From Candidatus Krumholzibacteriia bacterium (lineage in GTDB: Bacteria; Krumholzibacteriota; Krumholzibacteriia; LZORAL124-64-63): a DNA stretch of 64,000 nucleotides. The notes below the pieces were generated by a model. That model did not search any database. It was not told the origin of the DNA and saw nothing but the letters and a program-made list of their open reading frames with translations. Each line of letters starts with the position of its first letter. Position 1 is the stretch's first letter. Location: the NCBI GenBank assembly GCA_024763215.1, contig JANTFX010000003.1, positions 3,519 through 67,518 of the forward strand, read 5' to 3'. Below, piece after piece: positions 44,198 to 53,808 of this stretch. The position numbers and the translations under genes were made by a program.

Positions 44198-46366
44198 ATG
44201 AAATTTCGCAAAACCTGTTCGGCCGTGGTTTTTTTCATCGTGGCGGCGCTGCGGCCGCCGGTGGCCGCGGCGGATGCCGGCATGTACCCCATGAGCGAGC
44301 TGAACCGTCTGGACCTTGCGGCCGCCGGCCTGGAGGTCACCGCCGCCGACATCTACAACCCCGACGGGACGGCCCTGGTCGACGGCATCGTCAAGCTGGG
44401 CGGGTGCACCGGCGCCTTCGTGTCGGACCAGGGGCTGATCCTGACCAATCATCATTGCGCCTTCCGGGCCATCAGGGATGCCAGCGACCCCGAGCACGAC
44501 TTCCTGCGCGATGGTTTCGCGGCCGCGGATTTCGGCGCCGAGTTCCCGGCCGCCGGTTATACCGTACGTATCACCGAGAGCTACCGCGACGTCTCGGCGC
44601 AGGTCCTGGCGGCCGTGACCGGGGATATGGATCCCGGCCGGCGGACCGCCGCCATCGAAAAGCGCATGAAGCAGCTGAGCCTCGATTACGAAGCGGCTCA
44701 TCCGGGGAAACGGGCCGAGGTCAGCGAGATGTTCCCGGGCGAGAGCTACGTGCTGTTCGTCTACACGTTCCTGAAGGATGTGCGCCTGGTGTACGCGCCG
44801 CCCCGGGCCATCGGGAATTTCGGGGGGGAGCAGGACAACTGGATCTGGCCACGCCACGCGGGGGATTTCTCCTTCATGCGCGCCTACACCGGGCCCGATG
44901 GGGAGCCAGCCGCCTACAGCCCCGACAACGTGCCCTACCGTCCCCGGAAGGTGCTTCAGGTCGTGCGGTCGGGGGTGGGGAGCGGGGATCCGGTTTTCAT
45001 CTGCGGCTATCCCGGCCGGACCTACCGCCAGCGGTCTTCCTTTTATCTGGAACATCTGGCCCGGTATACCATGCCCTTGACCGTGGACTGGTACACCTGG
45101 CAGATCGAGCACCTGGAAGCGCTGGGGCAAGGAGACCGTTCCCGTCAGCTCGCCCTGGCCTCGCGCATCAAGCAGCTGCACAACACGGCCAAGAACTACC
45201 GGGGCAAGCTGCAGGGCATCTCCCGGCTGGATCTGATCACCCGGAAGCGCGCCGAGGAGGTCCGGTTGCAGGAGTTCATCGCCGCCGACCCCCAGCGGCA
45301 AAGGCTCTATGGACATGTGCTGCGGGACCTGGAGGGTTACTACCGGGATCTGGACCGGGAGATGCCGTACGAGATGTGGCTCCGTTTCCTGAAGCGCAGC
45401 CCCCAGGCCCTGCAGGTGGCCTTGACGGTGTGGGAAAGCGCCCAGGAGCGGCAGAAACCCGAGGACGAACGGGATACTGCCTACATGGACCGCAACCTGG
45501 ACCAAACCCTGCAGCGGTTGCAGGTCCAGGCGGAGCATTTCGATGCGGGTGCCGACAGCCTGCTGCTGGCCGAGTTGCTCAGGCGCGGCGGCGCATTCCC
45601 CCGCTCCCATGAGCTGGAGCCGCTGTCGCGCGTGCTGGGCCCGGAGGGGTCGGCCGAGGCCGCGGATATGCTGGCCCATCTATTCAAGACCACGACCCTG
45701 ATGGACCCGCAGTTCCTGGCCGCGGCCATGGCCATGACGCCGGCGCAGCTGCGCCGGCTGGATGAACCGTTCCTGAACCTGGCGGCGGATCTGTACCCCG
45801 AGTACCTGCGGGTCAAGCTGGAGGGCAAGCGCCGCAAGGGGGTGCTCGACCCCCTGCGGGCGGCCCTGGTGGATGCGCGTCGTGGATTCCTCGGCGGCCG
45901 GTTCATCCCCGACGCCAACGGCACCCTCCGCTTCACCTACGGTCATATCGAGGGCTATTCGCCCCGTGACGCGGTGCTCTACACGCCGCTGACCACGGTG
46001 GGCGGGCTGCTGGAAAAGGAAACCGGCACCCCACCTTACGCCTTGCCCCCCCGCATGCGTGAACTGGTCGAGGCGCGGGATTTCGGGCCTTTCGCGGACT
46101 CCGACCTGGGCGGCGTGCCCGTGGACATCCTCTACAGCACCGACACCACCGGGGGCAATTCAGGCAGCCCGGTGCTGGATGCCCGGGGCCGCGTGGTGGG
46201 CCTCAATTTCGACCGGTCCTGGGAGGCGACCATCAACGATTTCGCATGGGACCATTCCTACAGCCGTTCCATCGGCGTGGACATCCGCTATGTGCTGTGG
46301 GTGACCTGGAAATTCGGGGGCGGGGTGAGGCTGCTGGATGAGATGGGGGTCGGCCTGGCGGATTGA
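44198..46366 (+). CDS. Peptidase S46 family dipeptidyl-peptidase (DPP7/DPP11-like), secreted
   Basis: ORF track 44198..46366 (+). Signal peptide. GMYPMSEL, GGCTGAFVSDQGLILTNHHCA (catalytic His), TTGGNSGSPVLDARGRVVGLNFD (catalytic Ser). Confidence 0.9.
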   Translation: MKFRKTCSAVVFFIVAALRPPVAAADAGMYPMSELNRLDLAAAGLEVTAADIYNPDGTALVDGIVKLGGCTGAFVSDQGLILTNHHCAFRAIRDASDPEHDFLRDGFAAADFGAEFPAAGYTVRITESYRDVSAQVLAAVTGDMDPGRRTAAIEKRMKQLSLDYEAAHPGKRAEVSEMFPGESYVLFVYTFLKDVRLVYAPPRAIGNFGGEQDNWIWPRHAGDFSFMRAYTGPDGEPAAYSPDNVPYRPRKVLQVVRSGVGSGDPVFICGYPGRTYRQRSSFYLEHLARYTMPLTVDWYTWQIEHLEALGQGDRSRQLALASRIKQLHNTAKNYRGKLQGISRLDLITRKRAEEVRLQEFIAADPQRQRLYGHVLRDLEGYYRDLDREMPYEMWLRFLKRSPQALQVALTVWESAQERQKPEDERDTAYMDRNLDQTLQRLQVQAEHFDAGADSLLLAELLRRGGAFPRSHELEPLSRVLGPEGSAEAADMLAHLFKTTTLMDPQFLAAAMAMTPAQLRRLDEPFLNLAADLYPEYLRVKLEGKRRKGVLDPLRAALVDARRGFLGGRFIPDANGTLRFTYGHIEGYSPRDAVLYTPLTTVGGLLEKETGTPPYALPPRMRELVEARDFGPFADSDLGGVPVDILYSTDTTGGNSGSPVLDARGRVVGLNFDRSWEATINDFAWDHSYSRSIGVDIRYVLWVTWKFGGGVRLLDEMGVGLAD

Positions 46367-46393
46367 TCCCGGAGCGCCGTGGCCCGGCCGGGA

Positions 46394-46777
46394 CTATTCC
46401 GCGGCGGCGTCCCGGTCGAGCAGCTCGGCCACGGCCGAGAGCAGCTCCTGGTTGGAAAACGGTTTCTTCATGGTCAGATCGGCGCCCAGCAGGCGGGCCG
46501 AGTTCAGATAGCTGTCGGGTCCGCTGCGCCCCCCGCCCGAGATCGCCATCACCTTCAACCCGGGGTTGTCCCGCCGCAGGTCCAGGATGGTCTCGATGCC
46601 GTCCTTCTCGGGCATGAGGATGTCGGTGATCACCAGATCCATGGGCTGGGTACGGCACAGGTCCACACCGGCCTGGCCGTCGGCTGCGGTATGCACCTGG
46701 TAGTCGGCGCGCTGCAACACCTCGGCCAGGTAGTCCCGCACAAGGTCGTCGTCTTCAATGATCAAGATCCTGGTCAT
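46394..46777 (-). CDS. Single-domain response regulator (CheY-like receiver)
   Basis: Within ORF 46394..46789 (-). ATG 46777 (MTRILIIEDDDLV...). Phospho-acceptor context DLVITDILMPEKDG. KVMAISGG. Confidence 0.9.
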   Translation of the reverse strand: MTRILIIEDDDLVRDYLAEVLQRADYQVHTAADGQAGVDLCRTQPMDLVITDILMPEKDGIETILDLRRDNPGLKVMAISGGGRSGPDSYLNSARLLGADLTMKKPFSNQELLSAVAELLDRDAAAE

Positions 46778-46797
46778 GATATACCTCACCCTTGGAC

Positions 46798-46826
46798 ATC
46801 ATAGAGGAGAATTCACATCATGTAAA
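46798..46826 (-). promoter_or_regulatory. Sigma70-like promoter TTTACA-17 nt-TATGAT (minus strand) for the receiver gene
   Basis: Read directly (forward ATCATA at 46798-46803, TGTAAA at 46821-46826) in an AT-rich 100-nt spacer. Confidence 0.55.
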
Positions 46827-46877
46827 GGTATATTTGCCCTAACTCCTTTGCAGATAACTGTATAGCGATCTACATGC

Positions 46878-48083
46878 TCAGATCAAGGCCAGGGCCTGCC
46901 GCAGATCGGCGATGATGTCCTCGACGTTTTCCAGGCCCACCGACAGACGCACCAGGCCGGGGTCGATCCCCACCCGGACCAGTTCCTCCTCGCTGTAGGT
47001 GGAGTGGGTCATGGAGGCCGGGTGCTCGATGAGGGTGTCCACGTCCCCGAGGCTGACGGCCAGGGTGCAGAGCTGGACGTTGTCCATGACCGTGCTGCCG
47101 GCCTCGCGTCCGCCCTGGACGGTGAAGCTGATCATGCCCCCGAAACCGCGTTGCTGCCGCTTGGCCAGCTCGTGCTGGGGGTGGGTCTTCAGGCCGGGGT
47201 AGATGACGCGTGTGACCTTGGGGTGGTAGCTGAGGAAGTGGGCGATCTCCATGGCGTTCTCCATGTGGCGGTCCATGCGCACCGGCAGGGTCTTCAGCCC
47301 CCGCAGCAGCAGCCAGGCGTTGAACGGCGAGATGCAGCCGCCCACGTCGCGCAGGATCTCCATCCTCGCGGTCATGATCCAGTCGGCCTTGCCGACGAGG
47401 ATGCCGGCCACGGTGTCGCCGTGCCCGCCGATGTACTTGGTGGCCGAGTGCAGGACGATGTCCGCGCCCAGCTCCAGGGGGTTCTGCAGGTACGGGGTGC
47501 AGAAGGTGTTGTCCACCAGCACGGGGATGCCCTTGCGGTGGGCGATCTCGGCGATGGCCGGGATGTCCGAGAGCACCAGGGTGGGGTTGGCGGGGGTTTC
47601 CAGGTACACCAGGCGCGTCTTCTTGGTGATGGCCGCGGCCACGTTCGCCGGCTCCTGGACAGGCACCTCGGTCACGGTGATGCCCATGCGCGGCAGGGTC
47701 TGGGTGAAGAGCTGGTGCGTGCCGCCGTAGAGGGTGTCGCCGGCCACGATATGGTCTCCGCTGCGGCAGCAGGTCAGCACGGCGGTGGTGGCGGCGGCCA
47801 TGCCGCTGGCCACGGCAAGGGCCGCCTCGCCCTTTTCCAGGTAGGCCAGCTCGGTTTCCAGGGCCGTCTGGGTGGGATTGCCCAGACGGGTGTAGACGTA
47901 GCTGGGGTCCTCGCCGCGGAAGACGGCGGCCCCGTGGGCCACGTTCTCGAAGGCGAAGGTCGAACTCTGGAAGATGGGGGTGCTGACCGCGCGGATGGGG
48001 CGCCCGCTCTCGTGCTTGTTCAGGTGCTTCTTGCCGTGGATGCACAGGGTGGCGAACCCGGGGTTCCTGTCCTTGCCCTTCAT
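46878..48083 (-). CDS. Cys/Met-metabolism PLP enzyme (cystathionine gamma-lyase/synthase / methionine gamma-lyase family)
   Basis: ORF track 46878..48086 (-). ATG 48083 lies 6 nt after AGGGAGG. YTRLGNPT, PLP-lysine HSATKYIGGHGD. LYGGTH (Gly where methionine gamma-lyases have Cys). Confidence 0.9.
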   Translation of the reverse strand: MKGKDRNPGFATLCIHGKKHLNKHESGRPIRAVSTPIFQSSTFAFENVAHGAAVFRGEDPSYVYTRLGNPTQTALETELAYLEKGEAALAVASGMAAATTAVLTCCRSGDHIVAGDTLYGGTHQLFTQTLPRMGITVTEVPVQEPANVAAAITKKTRLVYLETPANPTLVLSDIPAIAEIAHRKGIPVLVDNTFCTPYLQNPLELGADIVLHSATKYIGGHGDTVAGILVGKADWIMTARMEILRDVGGCISPFNAWLLLRGLKTLPVRMDRHMENAMEIAHFLSYHPKVTRVIYPGLKTHPQHELAKRQQRGFGGMISFTVQGGREAGSTVMDNVQLCTLAVSLGDVDTLIEHPASMTHSTYSEEELVRVGIDPGLVRLSVGLENVEDIIADLRQALALI

Positions 48084-49267
48084 CACTTGCCTCCCTTGCG
48101 CGCTTGCTTCAGAAAGGGGCGCAGGGCCTCGACACGGCCGAGGTCCTCCCAGCTGAATGCCACGTCCGGGCGTCCGAAGTGCCCGAACACGGCCGTGGGG
48201 GTGTAGATGGGGCGCCGCAGGTCCAGGTCTTCGATGATGCCGGCGGGCGAGAAGTCGAACACCTCCTGCAGGATGCGTCCGAGCTTGTCATCGCCCAGCT
48301 TGCCGGTGCCGAAGGTGTCGACGGTGACGGCCAGGGGCTGGGCATGGCCGATGACGTAGGCGATCTCCACGCTGCAGCGGTCGGCCAGCCCCGCGGCGAC
48401 CAGGTTCTTGGCGGCCCAGCGGGCCCCGTAGCTGCCGCTGCGGTCGGGCTTGGTGGGGTCCTTGCCGCTGAAGGCGCTGCCGCCGTGGCCGCAGCTGGGC
48501 CCGTAACAGTCCACGGTGATCTTGCGCCCGGTCAGCCCGGCGTCGGCGCGCGGCCCGCCCTCGGTGAACGAACCCACAGGATTGATCATGACCTCCGTCT
48601 CCCCGGTCAACAATCCGGACGGGGCCAGGGCCGGCTTGACCACCAGGCGCTTGATGTCCCGGCGCAGCTTGGCCAAATCGGCCTGGGCGTGGTGGTGGGC
48701 CGAGACGACCACGTGGGTCAGGGCCCGGGGCTTCAGGTTCCGGTACTGCACCGAGACCTGGACCTTGCCGTCGGGGTAGAGGTAGGGGAGCTTGCCGGCC
48801 CGCCGCACCGTCTCCAGCTTGCGGGCCAGGCTGTTGGCCAGGAACGTGGGCACCGGCATGTAGTGGGTGTCCATGGGCAGCCCCTTGCCCTCGTTGGTGG
48901 CGTAGCCCACGCAGACGCTCTGGTCGCCGGCCCCCTTGCGGTCCACGCCCAGGGAGACGTCGTGGGCCTGTTCGCCCAGCATGACGATCACCGCGCAGCT
49001 GTTGTGGTCGAAGCCCGTGGTCGGGTCGTTGTAGCCCACCTGCTTGATGGTTTCACGGACCACCGCGGTGATGTCCACGTAGCATTTGGTGGTGATCTGA
49101 CCGGTGACGATGACCATGCCGGTGGTGACCATGACCTCGCACGATACGCGCGCGAACCGGTCGTGGGCCAGCACGGCGTCCAGGACCGAGTCGGCCAGCA
49201 GGTCGCAGAGCTTGTCGGCGTGGCCGGAGGTAACCGATTCGGCGGACTGGATCCAGGTGCGTGTCAT
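48083..49267 (-). CDS. metK: S-adenosylmethionine synthetase
   Basis: Within ORF 48083..49288 (-). ATG 49267 lies 5 nt after AAGGAGG. SESVTSGHADKLCD, GAGDQS, GGSAFSGKDPTKPDRSGSY. Confidence 0.93.
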   Translation of the reverse strand: MTRTWIQSAESVTSGHADKLCDLLADSVLDAVLAHDRFARVSCEVMVTTGMVIVTGQITTKCYVDITAVVRETIKQVGYNDPTTGFDHNSCAVIVMLGEQAHDVSLGVDRKGAGDQSVCVGYATNEGKGLPMDTHYMPVPTFLANSLARKLETVRRAGKLPYLYPDGKVQVSVQYRNLKPRALTHVVVSAHHHAQADLAKLRRDIKRLVVKPALAPSGLLTGETEVMINPVGSFTEGGPRADAGLTGRKITVDCYGPSCGHGGSAFSGKDPTKPDRSGSYGARWAAKNLVAAGLADRCSVEIAYVIGHAQPLAVTVDTFGTGKLGDDKLGRILQEVFDFSPAGIIEDLDLRRPIYTPTAVFGHFGRPDVAFSWEDLGRVEALRPFLKQARKGGK

Positions 49268-49391
49268 GAGATCCTCCTTGGCGGGCAAAGCAGAGGGCCG
49301 GGGGCGAAAAAAACGTTCTCAATCCGGATCCCGCCTGAAACAATCAGGGCCGGAATCCGTCTAGAGCGGGTCGTCGCCGTATTTTTCAAGA

Positions 49392-50378
49392 ATGGATGGG
49401 TCCGTGTCCAAAGTCAACCCTGCCGCCGCCACCGGAATCCAGGTTTCGGACTTGACCTTCGCCTATGCCCGCAGGCCGGTGCTGAAGGGGATATCCTGCG
49501 CGTTGCAGCAGGGGGCGATCGGCCTGCTGGGGCCCAACGGCTCCGGCAAGACCACCTTATTGCGCTGCCTGCTGGGGCAGGTTCCCCTGACCAGGGGCAA
49601 GGTCAAGGTGGCCGGATTCGACATGGCGGCATCGGCCCGCCGGGCCCGCGCCCATCTGGGCTGGATGCCCGAGCGGGGCGGGGTGATCCCCGGCATGAGC
49701 GGGGTGGGGCTGACCGCCTATCTGGGCGAGCTTTCCGGCATGTGCGCGCGCGACGCCATGCAGCGGGCCCACGAGGTGCTGCACTACGTGGGGTTGGCCG
49801 ACGAGCGCTACCGCAAGTGCGAGGACTACAGCCAGGGCATGAAGCAGCGTCTGAAGCTGGCCCAGGCCCTGGTCCACGATCCCCAGTGGCTGCTGCTGGA
49901 TGAACCCACCAGCGGTCTGGATCCCCAGGGCCGGATCGCCATCCTGGAACTGGTCCGCGACCTGGCCTGGAACAAGGGGCTGGGGGTGATCCTCTCGACC
50001 CACCTGCTGGCCGACGTGGAGGCGGTCTGCCGGGAGATCCTGGTCCTCAAGGAGGGCCGGCTGCTGGCCAGGGAGCAGGTGGACGGCGGCACCGGGGAGC
50101 CACGCCAGGTCTTCGAGGTCGAGGGCTTCGGCGACGAGGAGGCCTTCCGGGCGGGGCTGGACCGCCTGGGCGCCGAGGTGGTCAGGGACAACCGTCTGTG
50201 GCTGGTGACCCTGGATCTGGTCCGGCTGGCCGCAGAGGGCTCCGGGCGGGGAATCGATGCGGCCGCCGGCACCGGAGCCATCCTGAAGGCGGCCGCCCAG
50301 GCGGATTTCGCACTGCGCCGTCTGCGCCGCCGGCCGCTGACCCTGGCCGAGGAATTCTACCGTCTGGTGGAGGCCTGA
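49392..50378 (+). CDS. ABC transporter ATP-binding protein (copy 1, with C-terminal extension)
   Basis: ORF track 49392..50378 (+). Walker A GPNGSGKTT, signature YSQGMKQRL, Walker B LLLDEPTSGLD. Confidence 0.9.
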   Translation: MDGSVSKVNPAAATGIQVSDLTFAYARRPVLKGISCALQQGAIGLLGPNGSGKTTLLRCLLGQVPLTRGKVKVAGFDMAASARRARAHLGWMPERGGVIPGMSGVGLTAYLGELSGMCARDAMQRAHEVLHYVGLADERYRKCEDYSQGMKQRLKLAQALVHDPQWLLLDEPTSGLDPQGRIAILELVRDLAWNKGLGVILSTHLLADVEAVCREILVLKEGRLLAREQVDGGTGEPRQVFEVEGFGDEEAFRAGLDRLGAEVVRDNRLWLVTLDLVRLAAEGSGRGIDAAAGTGAILKAAAQADFALRRLRRRPLTLAEEFYRLVEA

Positions 50379-50379
50379 C

Positions 50380-51234
50380 ATGCCCGTCTACGACCGCGGC
50401 TATACCCACTGGCAGCCTTCCGGGGGCGCCCACCTGCCAGCCTGGCTGGTCATCGCCCGGCGCGGGATCGTCGAGCCCCTCAAGCGGCGCTGGCTGCTCC
50501 TGCTGATCCTGACGGGGTGGGTGCCGGCCATCGCCAAGGGCGGGATCATCTACATCAAGCTCAAGGCCGGCAACCTGGCCGATCTGCTGGGCGGCGGCTG
50601 GACGAGCATCGGCCCGGACGGGTTCCTCAACTTCCTGGAACACCAGCGCTTCTTCGTCTTCGTATTGCTGGCCATCGTGGGAGCGGGGCTGATCGCCGAC
50701 GACCGGCGTGACAACGGGCTGTCCCTGTACTTTTCCCGGCCCCTGAGCCTGACCGATTACCTGGGTGGCAAGGCGGCCGTCATCGTGTTCTTCTACTTCA
50801 TGGTCACCCTCTTCCCCAGCTACGCCCTGTGCCTGCTGGCCTACCTGGTGGCGCCGGGGGCCACCGGTCTGGACATGCTGTTGCTGATGCCCCTGCGGGT
50901 GACGGCCTACTGCCTGGTCAGCGGCGTCAGCATCGCCCTGGTGCTGCTGGCGTTTTCCAGCCTGGGCAAGCGGTCCATCTTCGTCATGGTCTGGTGGGCC
51001 ATCATGGTCACCGGCACCGAGGCCATTGCGGCCATCGCGGGCGGGCTTGGCAGTCATGGCCTGGAGGCGGTCAACTTCCTGGGCCAGTACCACAACCTGG
51101 GGGCGGTGTTCTTCTCCACGGGACCGCGGCTCCAGGTTCCGGTGCCGGTCAGCCTGGTGATGATCCTGGCCTGGACCGCCCTGGCGTTCCTCGTCCTGCG
51201 GCGCCAGGTGCGCCCGGTGGAGGTGGTCTCATGA
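50380..51234 (+). CDS. ABC-2-type permease-like membrane protein (copy 1)
   Basis: ORF track 50380..51234 (+). The start lies 1 nt after the ATPase stop. About 6 hydrophobic helices. Confidence 0.75.
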   Translation: MPVYDRGYTHWQPSGGAHLPAWLVIARRGIVEPLKRRWLLLLILTGWVPAIAKGGIIYIKLKAGNLADLLGGGWTSIGPDGFLNFLEHQRFFVFVLLAIVGAGLIADDRRDNGLSLYFSRPLSLTDYLGGKAAVIVFFYFMVTLFPSYALCLLAYLVAPGATGLDMLLLMPLRVTAYCLVSGVSIALVLLAFSSLGKRSIFVMVWWAIMVTGTEAIAAIAGGLGSHGLEAVNFLGQYHNLGAVFFSTGPRLQVPVPVSLVMILAWTALAFLVLRRQVRPVEVVS

Positions 51235-52181
51235 CCACCGGCACGGCCGCGGCAGGCCCGGTTGCGCGCATCACCGCCGAACGGGTGGGGAAGTGGTTCG
51301 GCGAGGTCATCGCCGTCAACAACTGCAGCTTGAGCGTGGGCGCCGGGGTGGTGGGCCTGCTTGGGGCCAACGGGGCGGGAAAATCCACCCTGTTCAAGAT
51401 GCTCGCCGGCCTGATCGAGCCCAGCCACGGCCAGGTGCGGGTGTTGGGCGCCAGGTTGCGGGATCAGGTGGGCTGGTACCGGCGGGTGGGCTTCTGCCCC
51501 GAGAGCGACGCTTTGCCCGAGTGGATGACCGGCCGGGAATACCTCTCGCTGATGCTGCGGCTCATGGGCTTCGACCGCGCCGAGACCGCCACGCGGGTGG
51601 CCCGGTGGCTGGAGCGTTTCGAGCTGACCGCGGCCGGCGACCGCAGGCTGGGCGGATATTCCAAGGGCATGCGCCAGAAGCTCAAGCTGGCCCAGGCCCT
51701 GGCCCACGAACCGGAGGTCGTGTTCCTGGATGAGCCCCTCAACGGGATGGACCCGGTTTCGCGCCGCGCGGCCATCGATCTGGTGCGCAAGCTGGGCGAA
51801 GAGGGCCGGACCGTGCTCGTGTCCAGCCACATCCTGCCCGAGGTCGAGGCCATGACCGACCGCATCATCCTCATCGACCGGGGCCGGGTCCTGGCCGAGG
51901 GCGCGGTGGCCGAGATCCGCGACAAGATCCCCGAGCACCCCACCACGGTGGCCCTGGTCTCGCCCGCGGCGCGCGCGCTGGCCGCCTTCCTGATCGGCCA
52001 TGAGTACGTGACCGGGGTGCGGATCGAAGACCGGCAGCGGGTGGTCGTGCACACGGACCACGCGGTGGCCTTCTACCGGGCCCTGCCCGGCTGGGTGCTG
52101 GAGAACAACCTGCAGGTCGACGAGATCCTGACCCTGGACGACAACCTGGAAGCCGTGTTCCAGTACCTGACCGAACGGTGA
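51231..52181 (+). CDS. ABC transporter ATP-binding protein (copy 2)
   Basis: In-frame part of ORF 50829..52181. ATG 51231 overlaps the previous stop (ATGA). GANGAGKST, YSKGMRQKL, VFLDEPLNGMD. Confidence 0.9.
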   Translation: MTTGTAAAGPVARITAERVGKWFGEVIAVNNCSLSVGAGVVGLLGANGAGKSTLFKMLAGLIEPSHGQVRVLGARLRDQVGWYRRVGFCPESDALPEWMTGREYLSLMLRLMGFDRAETATRVARWLERFELTAAGDRRLGGYSKGMRQKLKLAQALAHEPEVVFLDEPLNGMDPVSRRAAIDLVRKLGEEGRTVLVSSHILPEVEAMTDRIILIDRGRVLAEGAVAEIRDKIPEHPTTVALVSPAARALAAFLIGHEYVTGVRIEDRQRVVVHTDHAVAFYRALPGWVLENNLQVDEILTLDDNLEAVFQYLTER

Positions 52182-53050
52182 AAGTCATGCACGAGAGCGA
52201 CCTCAGCCCAGCCGACGACCCGGGAACCGGCAAGATGCCCACCCCGTTGCCCGGCCTGCCGGCGGCGGGCTGGATCGCCTGGTTCTCCCTGCGCGAGATG
52301 GCGCGCCGCAAGCGGCTGGTCTCCCTGGGCCTGATCAACCTCTTGCCCGTGCTGGTGGTCCTGGCGGTGCGCCTGTGGTTCGCCGACCGGGGTATCACCG
52401 CCCACCTGCAGCTGGCCGGATTGACCCACGACACCTTCATCCCCTTCCTGATCCCCATCGTGGCCATGGCGGTGGGCGTTTCGGCCATCGGCGAGCAGAT
52501 CGAGGAAGGCACCATCGTCTACACGTGGACGCGGCCGGTGCGGCGCTGGACCATCTACCTGGGCAGGTTGCTGGCCGCCCAGGGCGTGGCCGGCGGGTTG
52601 CTGTCGCTGTCCCTGGTGTTGTGTTTCCTGGTCATGGTCGCCGGCCGACCGGGTGTGATCTCCTGGGATTTCCTCAAGCTCTACCTGCAGACCTTCGTGA
52701 TCATCATCCTGGGCACCTTGACCTACACGGCCCTGTTCGCGGCCATGGGCACGTTCTTCAAGAAGCCGGTGCTGCCGGCGCTGCTGTTCGCCTTCGGCTG
52801 GGAGAAGCTCGTCGCGGGCATTCCGGCGCGGGTGCAGGAGCTGAGCCTGCAGTTCCACCTCCAGAACCTGGTTTCCCGGCCCCAGAGCGTGCCCGAGGAC
52901 CTGCCGGGCATGCTGGCGGCCATCCTGAACACGGCCATGCACCGGGAGCCGGTGCCCACCTGGCAGTCGGCGCTGGTGCTGGTGCTGGTAGCGGCCGCGG
53001 CCACGGTGCTGGGGGTGTGGTTGCTGCGGAACAAGGAGATCGAGAAGTAG
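52178..53050 (+). CDS. ABC-2-type permease-like membrane protein (copy 2)
   Basis: ORF track 52178..53050 (+). GTG overlaps the previous stop (GTGA); alternative ATG 52187. Multiple TM helices. Confidence 0.75.
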   Translation: MKVMHESDLSPADDPGTGKMPTPLPGLPAAGWIAWFSLREMARRKRLVSLGLINLLPVLVVLAVRLWFADRGITAHLQLAGLTHDTFIPFLIPIVAMAVGVSAIGEQIEEGTIVYTWTRPVRRWTIYLGRLLAAQGVAGGLLSLSLVLCFLVMVAGRPGVISWDFLKLYLQTFVIIILGTLTYTALFAAMGTFFKKPVLPALLFAFGWEKLVAGIPARVQELSLQFHLQNLVSRPQSVPEDLPGMLAAILNTAMHREPVPTWQSALVLVLVAAAATVLGVWLLRNKEIEK

Positions 53051-53656
53051 GTGTGCGAGGAGCCGGACAAGGTTCTGGGGACGAGTTTTTTCGCGCGGGA
53101 CACCCTGACGGTGGCCCGTGAGCTGCTGGGCTGCGTGATCGAGGTCTCGGCCGCCGGGGGCGCCGCATCCGGCCGGATCGTCGAGACCGAAGCGTACCTG
53201 GGCCGGGAAGACCCCGCCTCCCACGCGGGCCGGGGCCGCACCCCGCGCAGCGGGATCATGTTCGGGCCGCCCGGCGTGGTGTATGTCTACCTCATCTACG
53301 GCATGCACCACTGCCTGAATTTCGTGACCGAACAGGATGGCACACCGGGCGCCGTGCTGATCCGGGCGCTGGAACCGGTGGCCGGGAGGGATCTGATGGC
53401 CCGGCGCCGCGGGCTGGACGCGGCGCGCTGCCGGGACCGGGATCTGACGGCCGGGCCGGGCCGCCTTTGCCGCGCCCTGGGGATCGACCGGATGTGGAAC
53501 GGCCGGTCGTTGGCCGATCCGGGCAGCGGTATCCGGGTGCTGGACGGGGCGTCCGCCCCGCCAGAGGTGCTGGTCGGGCCCCGGGTGGGGATCAGGCAGG
53601 CCGTGGAACTGCCGTACCGTTTCCGGGTCGCCGGCAGCGGGTGCCTGACCGATTGA
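53051..53656 (+). CDS. mpg: DNA-3-methyladenine glycosylase (Mpg/AAG family)
   Basis: ORF track 53051..53656 (+). The GTG start immediately follows the previous stop. ETEAYLGREDPASHA, VYVYLIYGMHHCLNFV, AVLIRALEP. Confidence 0.9.
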   Translation: MCEEPDKVLGTSFFARDTLTVARELLGCVIEVSAAGGAASGRIVETEAYLGREDPASHAGRGRTPRSGIMFGPPGVVYVYLIYGMHHCLNFVTEQDGTPGAVLIRALEPVAGRDLMARRRGLDAARCRDRDLTAGPGRLCRALGIDRMWNGRSLADPGSGIRVLDGASAPPEVLVGPRVGIRQAVELPYRFRVAGSGCLTD

Positions 53657-53808
53657 CAGGGAAAGGGGATTCCCTTAGGTTGCAGATCGATCCCCCGCTT
53701 GAAATCGAGCCTGCCCCACCAGGCCAGTGGATTGGAGTACCCGGTCTGCCACCAGACCGGGAATGTTCGTGTCGCTTCCCTGGGGAAGCAAAGATATCGG
53801 AGGCGTTC

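Noticed and set aside
49268-49391. Possible SAM riboswitch or attenuator in the metK leader (minus strand)
   Set aside because: The hairpin and the T7 run are separated by 11 nt, so this is not a canonical terminator. The 124-nt space is short for a promoter plus a SAM-I aptamer. I could not find SAM-I, SAM-II or SAM/SAH core sequences by eye. It is kept only as a low-priority note in a finding.
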